Positions 9,170-17,514 of a stretch of DNA of 64,000 bases are shown here, piece by piece. The translations under genes and the position numbers were made by a program. Origin of the DNA: Escherichia phage vB_EcoM-pEB20. Below the pieces are notes generated by a model, which saw nothing but the letters and a program-made list of their open reading frames with translations, was not told the origin of the DNA and did not search any database. The DNA is taken from sequence record OP114733; one strand, given 5' to 3'. The number at the start of each line of letters is the position of its first letter. Within the stretch, counting starts at the first letter, position 1.

Positions 9170-9409
9170 ATGATTTATTACGAAAGTATCGGAACCAAAG
9201 TGGTTGGTAAAACCATTACTCGTGAAAAGTTTGCAAAGATATTCGATATGCGTTATAAAAAATCTGAACACAAAGGCATCCGATTCGAAGATGCGCACTG
9301 TACAATTTGCCCTTATAATGAAGACATAAACGGTACAATCGTTCCATTGGTAGAGGCTTCACATGATGACCTCTGGGATGAATATGATATCGCATGTCGT
9401 GAAATTTAA
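9170..9409 (+). CDS. hypothetical protein
   Basis: 79 aa from ATG 9170 (GGAG SD 6 nt upstream). Confidence 0.5.
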   Translation: MIYYESIGTKVVGKTITREKFAKIFDMRYKKSEHKGIRFEDAHCTICPYNEDINGTIVPLVEASHDDLWDEYDIACREI

Positions 9410-9437
9410 GTTAATGAATTAATCCGAGGAAAATATT

Positions 9438-10394
9438 ATGATGTTGGTTATTGGTTCTCGTGCACTTCACTATCACGGTCTTATTGATTCTAGCGCTATT
9501 AAAAATAGTGATTGGGACTTTATTGCGGACCAATGTTCTTGGAATGCATTCAAAAATCAAATGATGGGTGTATATGTTCACCAAGATAACCCTGATGTCC
9601 AAGTTTTCAAATGCTTCCATAATGGACGCGAAACTCATTTTGAAGCATATATTGTTCCGGCAATCACTAATGTCCGTGAATTAGTCGGTGAACTCACTCC
9701 TGAAGATTTCACGTCTTCTTATGACCTTTTAAAATACGCCAAGAAAAATTTGACTAAAGACCGTTTGAACGGGTTTTACTGGGCAACTCCTGAGATATGT
9801 CTTGCAATTAAGATGTCTCATCGTTTCAAGAAAAATAATCCATTCTTTTTAAAGACTATGAACCATATTCAGTATCTTCGTGGTAAAGGTGTTACACTGG
9901 ACGATGAACTTACTGAAATTATGCTGAAACGCCAGAAAGAAACCTTGAATTATGCTCACCCAGTTCTTGACACTTCTAAAAGTGCGTTCTTTAAAGATGA
10001 CATCTATACATATGACCATGATACTATTCATGAAGCCATTGCACTAACAGACCGTCCAGCGTATACATTTTACATGAAAGATGGTTCTGAAGTCATGACC
10101 TCACGCGAGAAGTTCGAATCATTACCAGAAATGGTCAAATTGGCTGGTGTATACGAAGAATCATGTGTACTAGCGTTAGAACGTTCTCAGATTCCTAATA
10201 ACTTTGAAATCCATCCACGTGATAGTTTTATGATGGCTCTTGAAAAGGTCTGTACTTCAATCACATCAGGTTGGTTCCGTGAATACGCCTGGGAAAACCA
10301 CAGCAAAGTAGTAAGTATGTACCAAAGCTTAGGACATGACGATTACGTCAAACGTTTCAAACAAAATTTCCATATGGTAAAACCTTTCAAATAA
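9438..10394 (+). CDS. hypothetical protein with weak nucleotidyltransferase-like N-terminal motif
   Basis: 318 aa; VIGSRALHYHG...SDWDF resembles the G[SG]...D-x-D NTase signature; unverified. Confidence 0.55.
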   Translation: MMLVIGSRALHYHGLIDSSAIKNSDWDFIADQCSWNAFKNQMMGVYVHQDNPDVQVFKCFHNGRETHFEAYIVPAITNVRELVGELTPEDFTSSYDLLKYAKKNLTKDRLNGFYWATPEICLAIKMSHRFKKNNPFFLKTMNHIQYLRGKGVTLDDELTEIMLKRQKETLNYAHPVLDTSKSAFFKDDIYTYDHDTIHEAIALTDRPAYTFYMKDGSEVMTSREKFESLPEMVKLAGVYEESCVLALERSQIPNNFEIHPRDSFMMALEKVCTSITSGWFREYAWENHSKVVSMYQSLGHDDYVKRFKQNFHMVKPFK

Positions 10395-10406
10395 TTTCGC
10401 AAAACT

Positions 10407-10444
10407 GTTTACATCTTGATAGGACTATGTTATAGTAGTCCTAT
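10407..10444 (+). promoter_or_regulatory. early promoter in IR ATAGGACTA..TAGTCCTAT (PeSL-like)
   Basis: GTTTACA 10407, -10 TATAGT 10431. Confidence 0.55.
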
Positions 10445-10464
10445 TAAAACATGAGGAGAATATT

Positions 10465-10770
10465 ATGAAATTAGGCGAAACCAACCGAATTGGTCTTTTA
10501 ACAATATTTGTATCACTTTTTTACGCAGCTCTTTCTGTTGCAGTATTACAAAAGGCTTACAGTATGGATGGTGTTCCTGGTTTTGTATTCTTATCGCCGT
10601 TTTTGCTATTCGTTGGAGCATTGTTATTATATGCCACGACTAGTTTCGACCATAATGTCTGGGTCAATTATAAATGTAAATTGTCTGAAGAAGAACACGC
10701 AGAAGCTCGTAAAAAAGCTATTGAATCTACCAATCTAGAAAATTTCATTAAAGAATGTCGAGGAAAATAA
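10465..10770 (+). CDS. membrane protein of the NFIKECR C-terminal family
   Basis: 101 aa, two TM helices, C-terminal ENFIKECRGK; SD GAGGAG. Confidence 0.55.
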   Translation: MKLGETNRIGLLTIFVSLFYAALSVAVLQKAYSMDGVPGFVFLSPFLLFVGALLLYATTSFDHNVWVNYKCKLSEEEHAEARKKAIESTNLENFIKECRGK

Positions 10771-10771
10771 T

Positions 10772-11458
10772 ATGAATAGTTCTAAAGTGTTTAATAGTCA
10801 AGCTCGTGCAGTAGGTGGTTTTGCTCATGCGATTAAAAATGACCAGATTAAAAACGAGCCTATGTTCTTTAACTGCGATTTGAATTTTGCTTTTGATAAT
10901 GGCGGCCCAATTACTCGTAGCTTTATCCAAAATCTTCCTGACGATTGGAAAGACTCGGATGTAGTATTTGATTCACGAGTCCACATGTTGATGCCTGGTT
11001 GGTATCCTGCTATCCCAGGTTATCACCATGACGATGTACCACGCCCGGATATTCCGGTTGGTCAACATTTTATTACTGCAGGACAACCTGACTATGACAA
11101 CCCTCGTTACCATTCTGAACATATTCTTGGTCTTGTTAACGCTGATGTGTGTCCTACTCATTTTGCAACAGGAACTGCAGAGTTCAGTCAGATTCCTGAT
11201 GGCGAACTTATCTATCGCCAGTGGCACAAAGAAGTCCTCGAAAAAATTGAAAAAGGTGAACTAGAGAAATGGGAAGCTCCAGACCGTACTCTTCTTCAGT
11301 TTGATTGGCAAACATGGCACACTGGCTCTCATGCAATTAGTAATGGATGGCGTTGGTTCGGACGTGTATCTCGTAATACAGACCGAGTTAAAAAGATTAC
11401 CAATGAAATTCGTGTCAATGCTCAAGTTTATCTGGAATTCCCTATGGAAGGCTGGTAA
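10772..11458 (+). CDS. hypothetical protein, possible Fe(II)/2-oxoglutarate dioxygenase fold
   Basis: 228 aa; His-x-Asp (YHHDD), distal His (WHTGSH) and Arg-x-Ser (GRVSR) in the order typical of 2OG oxygenases; unverified. Confidence 0.55.
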   Translation: MNSSKVFNSQARAVGGFAHAIKNDQIKNEPMFFNCDLNFAFDNGGPITRSFIQNLPDDWKDSDVVFDSRVHMLMPGWYPAIPGYHHDDVPRPDIPVGQHFITAGQPDYDNPRYHSEHILGLVNADVCPTHFATGTAEFSQIPDGELIYRQWHKEVLEKIEKGELEKWEAPDRTLLQFDWQTWHTGSHAISNGWRWFGRVSRNTDRVKKITNEIRVNAQVYLEFPMEGW

Positions 11459-11949
11459 TGATTAACAAAACATATTGGTCTAATATTGACGACGGCAATG
11501 AAGGTATTTCGTACTATTCAGTGGATTGGACAGGATGTCCATCCTACTTAGTGAAACATATTTGCCAAGAATTTAAAATCGACCAGCCAGCAGGTATTAT
11601 TGTGAACAGATACATTAATGGATATCAACCTATCGATGAAGTAATACGAACAACTCAAGCTGAGCTTGAAAAGTTTTTCAATAAGTGCCAATGGATAACA
11701 GGATGGATTATATTTGTACCGTCGGTATGGTTTTTTAGTACTAAGGTGAGTTCTTTCGGTTTTGTTGATATTACTGCTATCTTATTAGCATCTAGTATCA
11801 TAAGTGTTGTTGGTGGCATCATTGGCGGCGGTGCCGCCGCTATCATTATTAATCTTATTAAAAGTAGTTTACAAGAACGTAAAGACAAGATAAAAGCCAA
11901 GAATAATGAAGTTGAACGTTTTATTACCGAATGCAGGAATTTGAGATGA
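11458..11949 (+). CDS. membrane protein of the NFIKECR-like C-terminal family
   Basis: 163 aa, TM helix and Gly-rich segment, C-terminal ERFITECRNLR. Confidence 0.55.
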   Translation: MINKTYWSNIDDGNEGISYYSVDWTGCPSYLVKHICQEFKIDQPAGIIVNRYINGYQPIDEVIRTTQAELEKFFNKCQWITGWIIFVPSVWFFSTKVSSFGFVDITAILLASSIISVVGGIIGGGAAAIIINLIKSSLQERKDKIKAKNNEVERFITECRNLR

Positions 11950-12182
11950 GTATAGCAATTTACATTAAATCAGAATCATGTGATAGTTATCTGTACACAT
12001 ACGATAAAGATGTGTCAGAAGAAAAAATCAAAGACGACCTTAATATGGACCTTGATATGTTCTGTCCTATTGCAGATTACAAACTTGCGGTCTCTAATAG
12101 TGAAAGTCCATCTAAAGAAACGCGCATTGAAGAATTTATGTCCGAATTAATGGCCAAATCATGGGACCGAGATGATGAGTAA
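11946..12182 (+). CDS. small acidic hypothetical protein
   Basis: 78 aa; ATGA overlap with upstream gene. Confidence 0.45.
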   Translation: MSIAIYIKSESCDSYLYTYDKDVSEEKIKDDLNMDLDMFCPIADYKLAVSNSESPSKETRIEEFMSELMAKSWDRDDE

Positions 12183-12630
12183 GAAAAATAAAGTGAAAGA
12201 ACTATCAGCCGGTATTATTTTCCTTACCGAAGATAAAGAATTATTCATGGGGCGTGTAACTGGTTCTCGTCCTAAAGGTTCTTTAGCTCATCGGTGGGAT
12301 ATTCCTAAAGGACGTGTCGAGCCCGGTGAATCTCCTATTGAAGCCGCTATTCGCGAATGCGAAGAAGAAACTGGGTTTACACAATATGACCCTGCCTTCC
12401 TGAAAGACCTAGGTGAACATCATTACTCAGACAATAAGAATATTCATCTGTTCCTATATACCATCCCTGTAGAGCACGAGCAATTCAGAAACAGTGTTTG
12501 TAATTCCTATCATACATTCCCAGACGGACGACAGATTCCTGAATTTGATGCATTCGCTTTAATTAAACCTTCTCAATGGGAATATGTAATGGGCAAATCA
12601 TTATATAGGGTGCTCACTACCCTCCTATAA
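12172..12630 (+). CDS. nudE: Nudix hydrolase NudE
   Basis: 152 aa with Nudix box GRVEPGESPIEAAIRECEEETG; immediately upstream of e as T4 nudE (e.1). Confidence 0.85.
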   Translation: MMSKKNKVKELSAGIIFLTEDKELFMGRVTGSRPKGSLAHRWDIPKGRVEPGESPIEAAIRECEEETGFTQYDPAFLKDLGEHHYSDNKNIHLFLYTIPVEHEQFRNSVCNSYHTFPDGRQIPEFDAFALIKPSQWEYVMGKSLYRVLTTLL

Positions 12631-12638
12631 GTAATAAA

Positions 12639-12662
12639 TACCTCCTATAAACATGGGAGGTA
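12639..12662 (+). promoter_or_regulatory. SD-sequestering hairpin with embedded late-promoter-like TATAAACA upstream of lysozyme gene
   Basis: TACCTCC-tataaacatg-GGAGGTA; 3' arm is the e gene SD; same arrangement described for T4 e. Confidence 0.6.
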
Positions 12663-12664
12663 TT

Positions 12665-13153
12665 ATGAATATATTTGAAATGCTTCGTAATGACGAAGGT
12701 CTTAGACTGACTTTATACAAAGACACTGAAGGCTTTTGGACGATTGGCATCGGCCATTTAGTAACAAAGAACCCGTCTTTAGCCGTAGCTAAAGCTGAAC
12801 TTGACAGAATGATCGGTCGTAAATGCAACGGTACAATTACCCTTGATGAGGCTGAAAAGCTATTTAATGAAGACGTTGATAAAGCCGTCCGCGGAATCTT
12901 GGGTAATGCTAAACTTAAACCGGTATATGATTCTTTAGATGCGGTTCGTCGATGCGCATTGGTTAATATGGTCTTCCAAATGGGTGTATCAGGCGTCGCC
13001 GGTTTTACTAATTCTCTTCGTATGCTTCAACAGAAACGTTGGGATGAAGCGGCAGTAAATCTAGCCCAATCTAAATGGTATCGTCAGACACCTAATCGTG
13101 CGAAACGCGTAATCTCAACATTTAAAACAGGAACTTGGAAAGCGTATATATGA
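12665..13153 (+). CDS. e: lysozyme (endolysin) e
   Basis: 162 aa [15 protein letters not shown]...; near-identical to T4 lysozyme including catalytic E11/D20/T26 region. Confidence 0.95.
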   Translation: MNIFEMLRNDEGLRLTLYKDTEGFWTIGIGHLVTKNPSLAVAKAELDRMIGRKCNGTITLDEAEKLFNEDVDKAVRGILGNAKLKPVYDSLDAVRRCALVNMVFQMGVSGVAGFTNSLRMLQQKRWDEAAVNLAQSKWYRQTPNRAKRVISTFKTGTWKAYI

Positions 13154-13431
13154 AAACATATAGTGAATTTTTATCAGAATCTATTCTTAACGAAGCTACT
13201 GACACATTTGCAACTAAGCTAGGTGCAGCTTTGGTTGAAGCTGAAAGTCTATTAGCACGTATTTCTGAACTTGCTAGTAAGATAGATACTCGCAAATTTG
13301 AACGTACCAGCGATATCGCTAAGCTTGAAGCCTTGTTACGTATGTGCGATAAACCGGAAGAAATCGCTAAGAACGGCTCGCTAATGAAACAACGTCTTGA
13401 AAAATATATTTCAGGCGCTTCGGAAAAATAG
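13150..13431 (+). CDS. internal-protein-like protein with CTS
   Basis: 93 aa starting [11 protein letters not shown]; ATGA overlap with e stop. Confidence 0.6.
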   Translation: MKTYSEFLSESILNEATDTFATKLGAALVEAESLLARISELASKIDTRKFERTSDIAKLEALLRMCDKPEEIAKNGSLMKQRLEKYISGASEK

Positions 13432-13432
13432 T

Positions 13433-13486
13433 GTTTACTTCCTCCAAGGACTTTGATACTATACATTCATCAACTACTTGGAGGAA
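13433..13486 (+). promoter_or_regulatory. early promoter with long IR TTCCTCCAAG/CTTGGAGGAA spanning promoter and SD of denV
   Basis: GTTTAC 13433, -10 TACTAT 13457; 3' IR arm contains SD GGAGGAA. Confidence 0.55.
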
Positions 13487-13489
13487 ATT

Positions 13490-13903
13490 ATGACCCGTAT
13501 CAATTTAACACTTGTTTCTGAACTGTCCGACCAACATCTTATGGCTGAGTATCGTGAATTACCACGCGTATTTGGTGCAGTCCGTAAACATGTTCAAAAC
13601 GGTAAACGTGTAAAGGATTTTAAAATCTCTCCAACATTTATCTTAGGCACAGGTCACGTAACATTCTTTTACGACAAACTCGAATTTTTACGTTTACGAC
13701 AAATCGAGCTAATCGCTGAATGCTTGAAACGTGGTTTCAAAATCAAGGACACGACTGTCCAGGATATTTCCGACATCCCTGCCGAATTTCGTAATAATTA
13801 TGTCCCGTCCGAAGCGTCCATTGCGATAAGTCAAGCACGCTTAGATGAAAAAATTGCTCAACGTCCGACTTGGTACAAATACTATGGTAAATCAATTTAC
13901 TAA
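13490..13903 (+). CDS. denV: endonuclease V (pyrimidine dimer DNA glycosylase) DenV
   Basis: 137 aa [29 protein letters not shown]...; near-identical to T4 endo V. Confidence 0.95.
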   Translation: MTRINLTLVSELSDQHLMAEYRELPRVFGAVRKHVQNGKRVKDFKISPTFILGTGHVTFFYDKLEFLRLRQIELIAECLKRGFKIKDTTVQDISDIPAEFRNNYVPSEASIAISQARLDEKIAQRPTWYKYYGKSIY

Positions 13904-13910
13904 GGAAAAA

Positions 13911-14171
13911 ATGAAAATGTATCAAGAATTTATCACTGAAGCAGATGCCAAAGGTCCTAAATTTAAAGTTAAAGCTTTCATTGGTGATGCGGAAGACTTT
14001 GGCTCATTAAAACGTAATGGGTATTCTTTCTTAGGTGGCAATGGTAAAGAAATCAACACCTATGCAAAACGTAGTGAAATTGCTTATGTTGTAGCAAGCC
14101 CTAAAGTAGATGTTGACGATATTGGATACGATTTTAACAACTTCGGAATTATTTCTGGCGGTAAAGATTAA
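13911..14171 (+). CDS. internal-protein-like protein with CTS
   Basis: 86 aa starting MKMYQEFITEA; SD AAGGAAA. Confidence 0.6.
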   Translation: MKMYQEFITEADAKGPKFKVKAFIGDAEDFGSLKRNGYSFLGGNGKEINTYAKRSEIAYVVASPKVDVDDIGYDFNNFGIISGGKD

Positions 14172-14174
14172 ATT

Positions 14175-14204
14175 GTTTACGCTTAAGTATTAATATGGTA
14201 TAAT
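14175..14204 (+). promoter_or_regulatory. early promoter
   Basis: GTTTAC 14175, 18 nt spacer, TATAAT 14199. Confidence 0.5.
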
Positions 14205-14235
14205 TACTCTATCAAAACAAACAAGGAAACAAAAA

Positions 14236-14550
14236 ATGAAAACGTATAAAGAATTTATTGCAGAATCCGCCAACCAACGCGTTGAAGGTGGTTATATTTG
14301 GATTGAACAAGTTGAGCCACCGAGCCGCACTTCTACAGGTAAATGGAAAATTACTGTTGACGGTCCTGGCGGTAAACGTAGGACTCTTAAAGAAATTAAC
14401 GGGTACTATGAAGAAGCTCTTTCGGATGCAGGAACTTACATGATGCAAATCATGATTAAAAACCCTGAAAACCGTTTTGCAGCTAAAGTCTTCCGCCGTA
14501 TTGGTAATAAACTTTATGATGCATACTCTAAAAACTTCCCTAAAGAATAA
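14236..14550 (+). CDS. internal-protein-like protein with CTS
   Basis: 104 aa starting MKTYKEFIAES. Confidence 0.65.
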   Translation: MKTYKEFIAESANQRVEGGYIWIEQVEPPSRTSTGKWKITVDGPGGKRRTLKEINGYYEEALSDAGTYMMQIMIKNPENRFAAKVFRRIGNKLYDAYSKNFPKE

Positions 14551-14575
14551 CATAAATTAAAACAATAGGAACAAA

Positions 14576-14905
14576 ATGAAAACATATCAGGAGTTTATCA
14601 CTGAAGTTACATTATCTGCGGAACAGAAAGCTGCTATCGAAGAAGGTAAAAATCCCAAAGTAACATATAAAGTAAATAGTAAAGGCGTTTTTGATGGCTT
14701 GGTTCAAGACCCTGAATTGAAAAAAGCTCTTTCTAAAACTAATGCGTACTTTGCTCCTAAATTTAACACAGCCGGTGTACTTATTGGATTGGATGTATTC
14801 AACTCTAAAGGTGTTCTATCTAATGCCTTTGGTTATGCCGCTAACAAAATTACCAAAGCCGCATGGGAATCCAATACCAAACAAGCTCAAAAGCCTAGAG
14901 TATAA
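14576..14905 (+). CDS. internal-protein-like protein with CTS
   Basis: 109 aa starting MKTYQEFITEV. Confidence 0.65.
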   Translation: MKTYQEFITEVTLSAEQKAAIEEGKNPKVTYKVNSKGVFDGLVQDPELKKALSKTNAYFAPKFNTAGVLIGLDVFNSKGVLSNAFGYAANKITKAAWESNTKQAQKPRV

Positions 14906-15077
14906 TTCTTGCCTAATAAATGGAAACGCAACCTCTCCTCATGAACGTCGAGTCCTCTGAGTGATGTACCTTTTCCAACCTGTAATAAGGTCGAGCGCAA
15001 TGCGGTAATGGGTTTACATAGCGAGTCGAAGGACCTAACATGTGCCACGGAATGGCCCAAACCTTAAGAGAAATAAT

Positions 15078-15617
15078 ATGAGAACATTTTTAACTGGACC
15101 TTATCTATCCCTGATGAATGCTTTTACACACCATTCTGATGCTAGAGTAGAAGAAATTTGTAAGAACGGTTATGTCCCGCCATTTGAAGACGTACTCAAG
15201 CAGTACTGCACACTTCGTTTAGACGGCGGCCGACAATCAGGTAAATCAATTGCTGTGACTAACTTTGCTGCTAATTGGCTGTATGATGGTGGAACAGTTA
15301 TTGTTCTTTCTAATACTTCAGCTTATGCTAAAATTTCTGCTGGCAACATTAAAAAAGAATTTTCTCGTTATTCTAGCGATGATATTCGATTCCGTTTATT
15401 TACTGATTCTGTTCGTAGTTTTATTGGCAATGAAGGTTCTAAATTCCGTGGATTAACGCTTTCTCGTATTCTGTATATAATTGACGAGCCTATTAAAGCT
15501 CCTGATATGGATAAGATTTACAATGTACATATTAAAACAGTCCAACACTGTTGCAAAAGCAAATATTGCATCGGCGGTAATGCTCGTCCTCAATTTTTTG
15601 TGATTGGAATGCAATGA
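15078..15617 (+). CDS. P-loop NTPase-like hypothetical protein
   Basis: 179 aa from ATG 15078; Walker A GGRQSGKS and Walker B-like ILYIIDEP. Confidence 0.55.
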   Translation: MRTFLTGPYLSLMNAFTHHSDARVEEICKNGYVPPFEDVLKQYCTLRLDGGRQSGKSIAVTNFAANWLYDGGTVIVLSNTSAYAKISAGNIKKEFSRYSSDDIRFRLFTDSVRSFIGNEGSKFRGLTLSRILYIIDEPIKAPDMDKIYNVHIKTVQHCCKSKYCIGGNARPQFFVIGMQ

Positions 15618-15922
15618 TGACAACTATTGAAGTTTTTGAGTATTGTTATAACAGCCCAGTATGCAATAAAAGGGCTCTTGTAGAAAATTACGAGATTTAC
15701 CATTTTAAACCTAAACGATACCGTTTGACTAAAGGTCCGTTCGCAGGGCAGCAGGTTCTTTGTACTGCTCCTAATGCACGGTTGATGACTAGTATTCCGC
15801 ATTTCAAAATGGAATTTATTGACGGGCCATTTAAGGGATTAATCACTCAAAGTTTAATGGCGTTTAATTCCGACCCATTTTTGATTAAAGAAAAAACTTG
15901 GATAAATTTATTTTCTAATTGA
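15614..15922 (+). CDS. hypothetical protein
   Basis: 102 aa ORF overlapping upstream stop. Confidence 0.5.
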   Translation: MMTTIEVFEYCYNSPVCNKRALVENYEIYHFKPKRYRLTKGPFAGQQVLCTAPNARLMTSIPHFKMEFIDGPFKGLITQSLMAFNSDPFLIKEKTWINLFSN

Positions 15923-15928
15923 GGTTAT

Positions 15929-16291
15929 ATGAAAGCATATCAAATTCTTGAAGGTACACATAAAGGCACTATTTATTTTGAAGATGGTACTCAAGCCCGG
16001 ATTATTGTCTCTAAAACTTTTAAAGAAGACGCTATTGTAGACCCAGAAATTTTCTACGGTTTGCATGCCCGTGAAATTGAAATTGAACATCAACCTAAAG
16101 TTAAAATTGAAGGTGGTCAACATCTGAATGTTAACGTTCTGCGTCGTGAAACTCTAGAAGATGCAGTTAAGCATCCGGAAAAATATCCGCAGCTGACCAT
16201 CCGTGTATCCGGTTATGCAGTTCGCTTTAACTCTCTGACTCCGGAACAGCAGCGCGACGTTATCGCTCGCACCTTTACTGAGAGTCTATAA
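15929..16291 (+). CDS. grcA: autonomous glycyl radical cofactor (GrcA/YfiD-like)
   Basis: 120 aa; glycyl radical motif RVSGYAV; C-terminal ~70 aa matches E. coli GrcA as recalled; a T4 homolog (Y06I) is described. Confidence 0.85.
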   Translation: MKAYQILEGTHKGTIYFEDGTQARIIVSKTFKEDAIVDPEIFYGLHAREIEIEHQPKVKIEGGQHLNVNVLRRETLEDAVKHPEKYPQLTIRVSGYAVRFNSLTPEQQRDVIARTFTESL

Positions 16292-16515
16292 TGGCTAAAT
16301 TGATTATAGAAGGGTCTGAAGATGTTTTAAAATGTTTTGCCGCCTGGTTTAGTTGCTCAGGCGAGCAATCATTCACTGAAGCATTTAGAACGGGTGATAT
16401 TACTGGAAAATATCCGACAACCGATATCACTGTACGTGGATATGGTATTAATGAGCCTATCCAATTGGTCGAATATGACCTTGCCACCGATGAGGAAATT
16501 CCTTATGTCGATTGA
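16291..16515 (+). CDS. hypothetical protein
   Basis: 74 aa ORF. Confidence 0.45.
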   Translation: MAKLIIEGSEDVLKCFAAWFSCSGEQSFTEAFRTGDITGKYPTTDITVRGYGINEPIQLVEYDLATDEEIPYVD

Positions 16516-16771
16516 AGACATCAAAGGCTACAAGCCGCATACCGATGATAAAATCGGTAAAGTGAACGCTATTAAAGATGCAGAAGTCCGTCTTGGATTG
16601 TTGTTTGATGCTCTGATTGAAGAAGCATATATCTTGAAAGAAAATGAAACAGAGCAACAAACCAAAGAAGATATGGATGCAGTGCAGGCTCTTAAGTATG
16701 CTAAGCAACATCTAAAAGAAGCCAGCATGTGGGCGTGTCGTGCAGTATTTCGACCTGAGGAAAAATACTAA
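16505..16771 (+). CDS. small helical hypothetical protein
   Basis: 88 aa from ATG 16505 with GAGGAAA SD; track ORF start 16337 is out of frame with neighbour and rejected. Confidence 0.45.
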   Translation: MSIEDIKGYKPHTDDKIGKVNAIKDAEVRLGLLFDALIEEAYILKENETEQQTKEDMDAVQALKYAKQHLKEASMWACRAVFRPEEKY

Positions 16772-16986
16772 TGGCTTCTACTATTACTGGGTTATTGGAC
16801 TTTCAAGAAAAGGTCAACAAAATTTGTAGTGAATACTTAAAGTATCTTGAAGAAGACCTTGAAGATTGTAAGGAAGAAGGCGAAGAAGACTATGCTGACC
16901 AGCGTCGACGCCAAATCGAAGAGATGAGGCATTTCGCCAATATAGTATCTAAAGAATCTTGGGCTTTAACTCCATTTTATCAATAA
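16771..16986 (+). CDS. small acidic hypothetical protein
   Basis: 71 aa ORF. Confidence 0.45.
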   Translation: MASTITGLLDFQEKVNKICSEYLKYLEEDLEDCKEEGEEDYADQRRRQIEEMRHFANIVSKESWALTPFYQ

Positions 16987-16990
16987 AGTA

Positions 16991-17040
16991 GTTTACTTCT
17001 CCTCTAGTTGTGTTACTATAGACCTGTCAACTAGAGGAGA
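16991..17040 (+). promoter_or_regulatory. early promoter with 13-bp IR TCTCCTCTAGTTG/CAACTAGAGGAGA spanning -10 and SD
   Basis: GTTTAC 16991, -10 TACTAT 17015; 3' arm includes GAGGAGA SD of regB. Confidence 0.55.
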
Positions 17041-17047
17041 AATCAAA

Positions 17048-17506
17048 ATGACTATCAATTCAGACGTTTTTATCCGCCGTAATAAACTCCGTCGAATCTT
17101 TGAAACGGAGTTCCGCAAAATAAATGCCGGTATAAAAGATGCTGCAAAGTCTCTTGGACTACCAGGCTTTCATATCAAGTATTCTCAACATCTCTTAGAT
17201 CGTGCCATCCAGAGAGAAATAGATGAGAATTACGTTTTTGAATTATTTCATAAAGTAAAAAATCACGTTAAAGAAGTTGCAGAATTTTTGTCAATGCCGG
17301 CACGTCCAGATGTTGATGAAGATTTTGTCGAAGGTGTCGAGTATCGTCCAGGCCGTTTAGAAATAACTGACGGAAATCTTTGGTTAGGACTTACAGTTTG
17401 TCGCGAAAATCCGGCATTCAAAATGAAGACTCTTCAATGCAGAATGGCTATTATTAACAGTAAACGACTACCAGGAAAAGCTTCTAAAGCAGTGATTAAA
17501 ATCTAG
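17048..17506 (+). CDS. regB: endoribonuclease RegB
   Basis: 152 aa MTINSDVFIRRNKLRR...; near-identical to T4 RegB as recalled. Confidence 0.9.
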   Translation: MTINSDVFIRRNKLRRIFETEFRKINAGIKDAAKSLGLPGFHIKYSQHLLDRAIQREIDENYVFELFHKVKNHVKEVAEFLSMPARPDVDEDFVEGVEYRPGRLEITDGNLWLGLTVCRENPAFKMKTLQCRMAIINSKRLPGKASKAVIKI

Positions 17507-17514
17507 AGGTAAAC

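Noticed and set aside
11028-11264. 78-aa + strand ORF in an alternative frame (similar cases at 15265-15456, 3623-3838, 10508-10738)
   Set aside because: Fully nested in the alternative frame of longer, better-supported ORFs; low-complexity hydrophobic translation typical of AT-rich off-frame reads.
16337-16504. Track ORF 16337-16771 N-terminal 56 codons
   Set aside because: Overlaps the preceding gene (16291-16515) out of frame; internal ATG 16505 with GAGGAAA SD is the plausible start.
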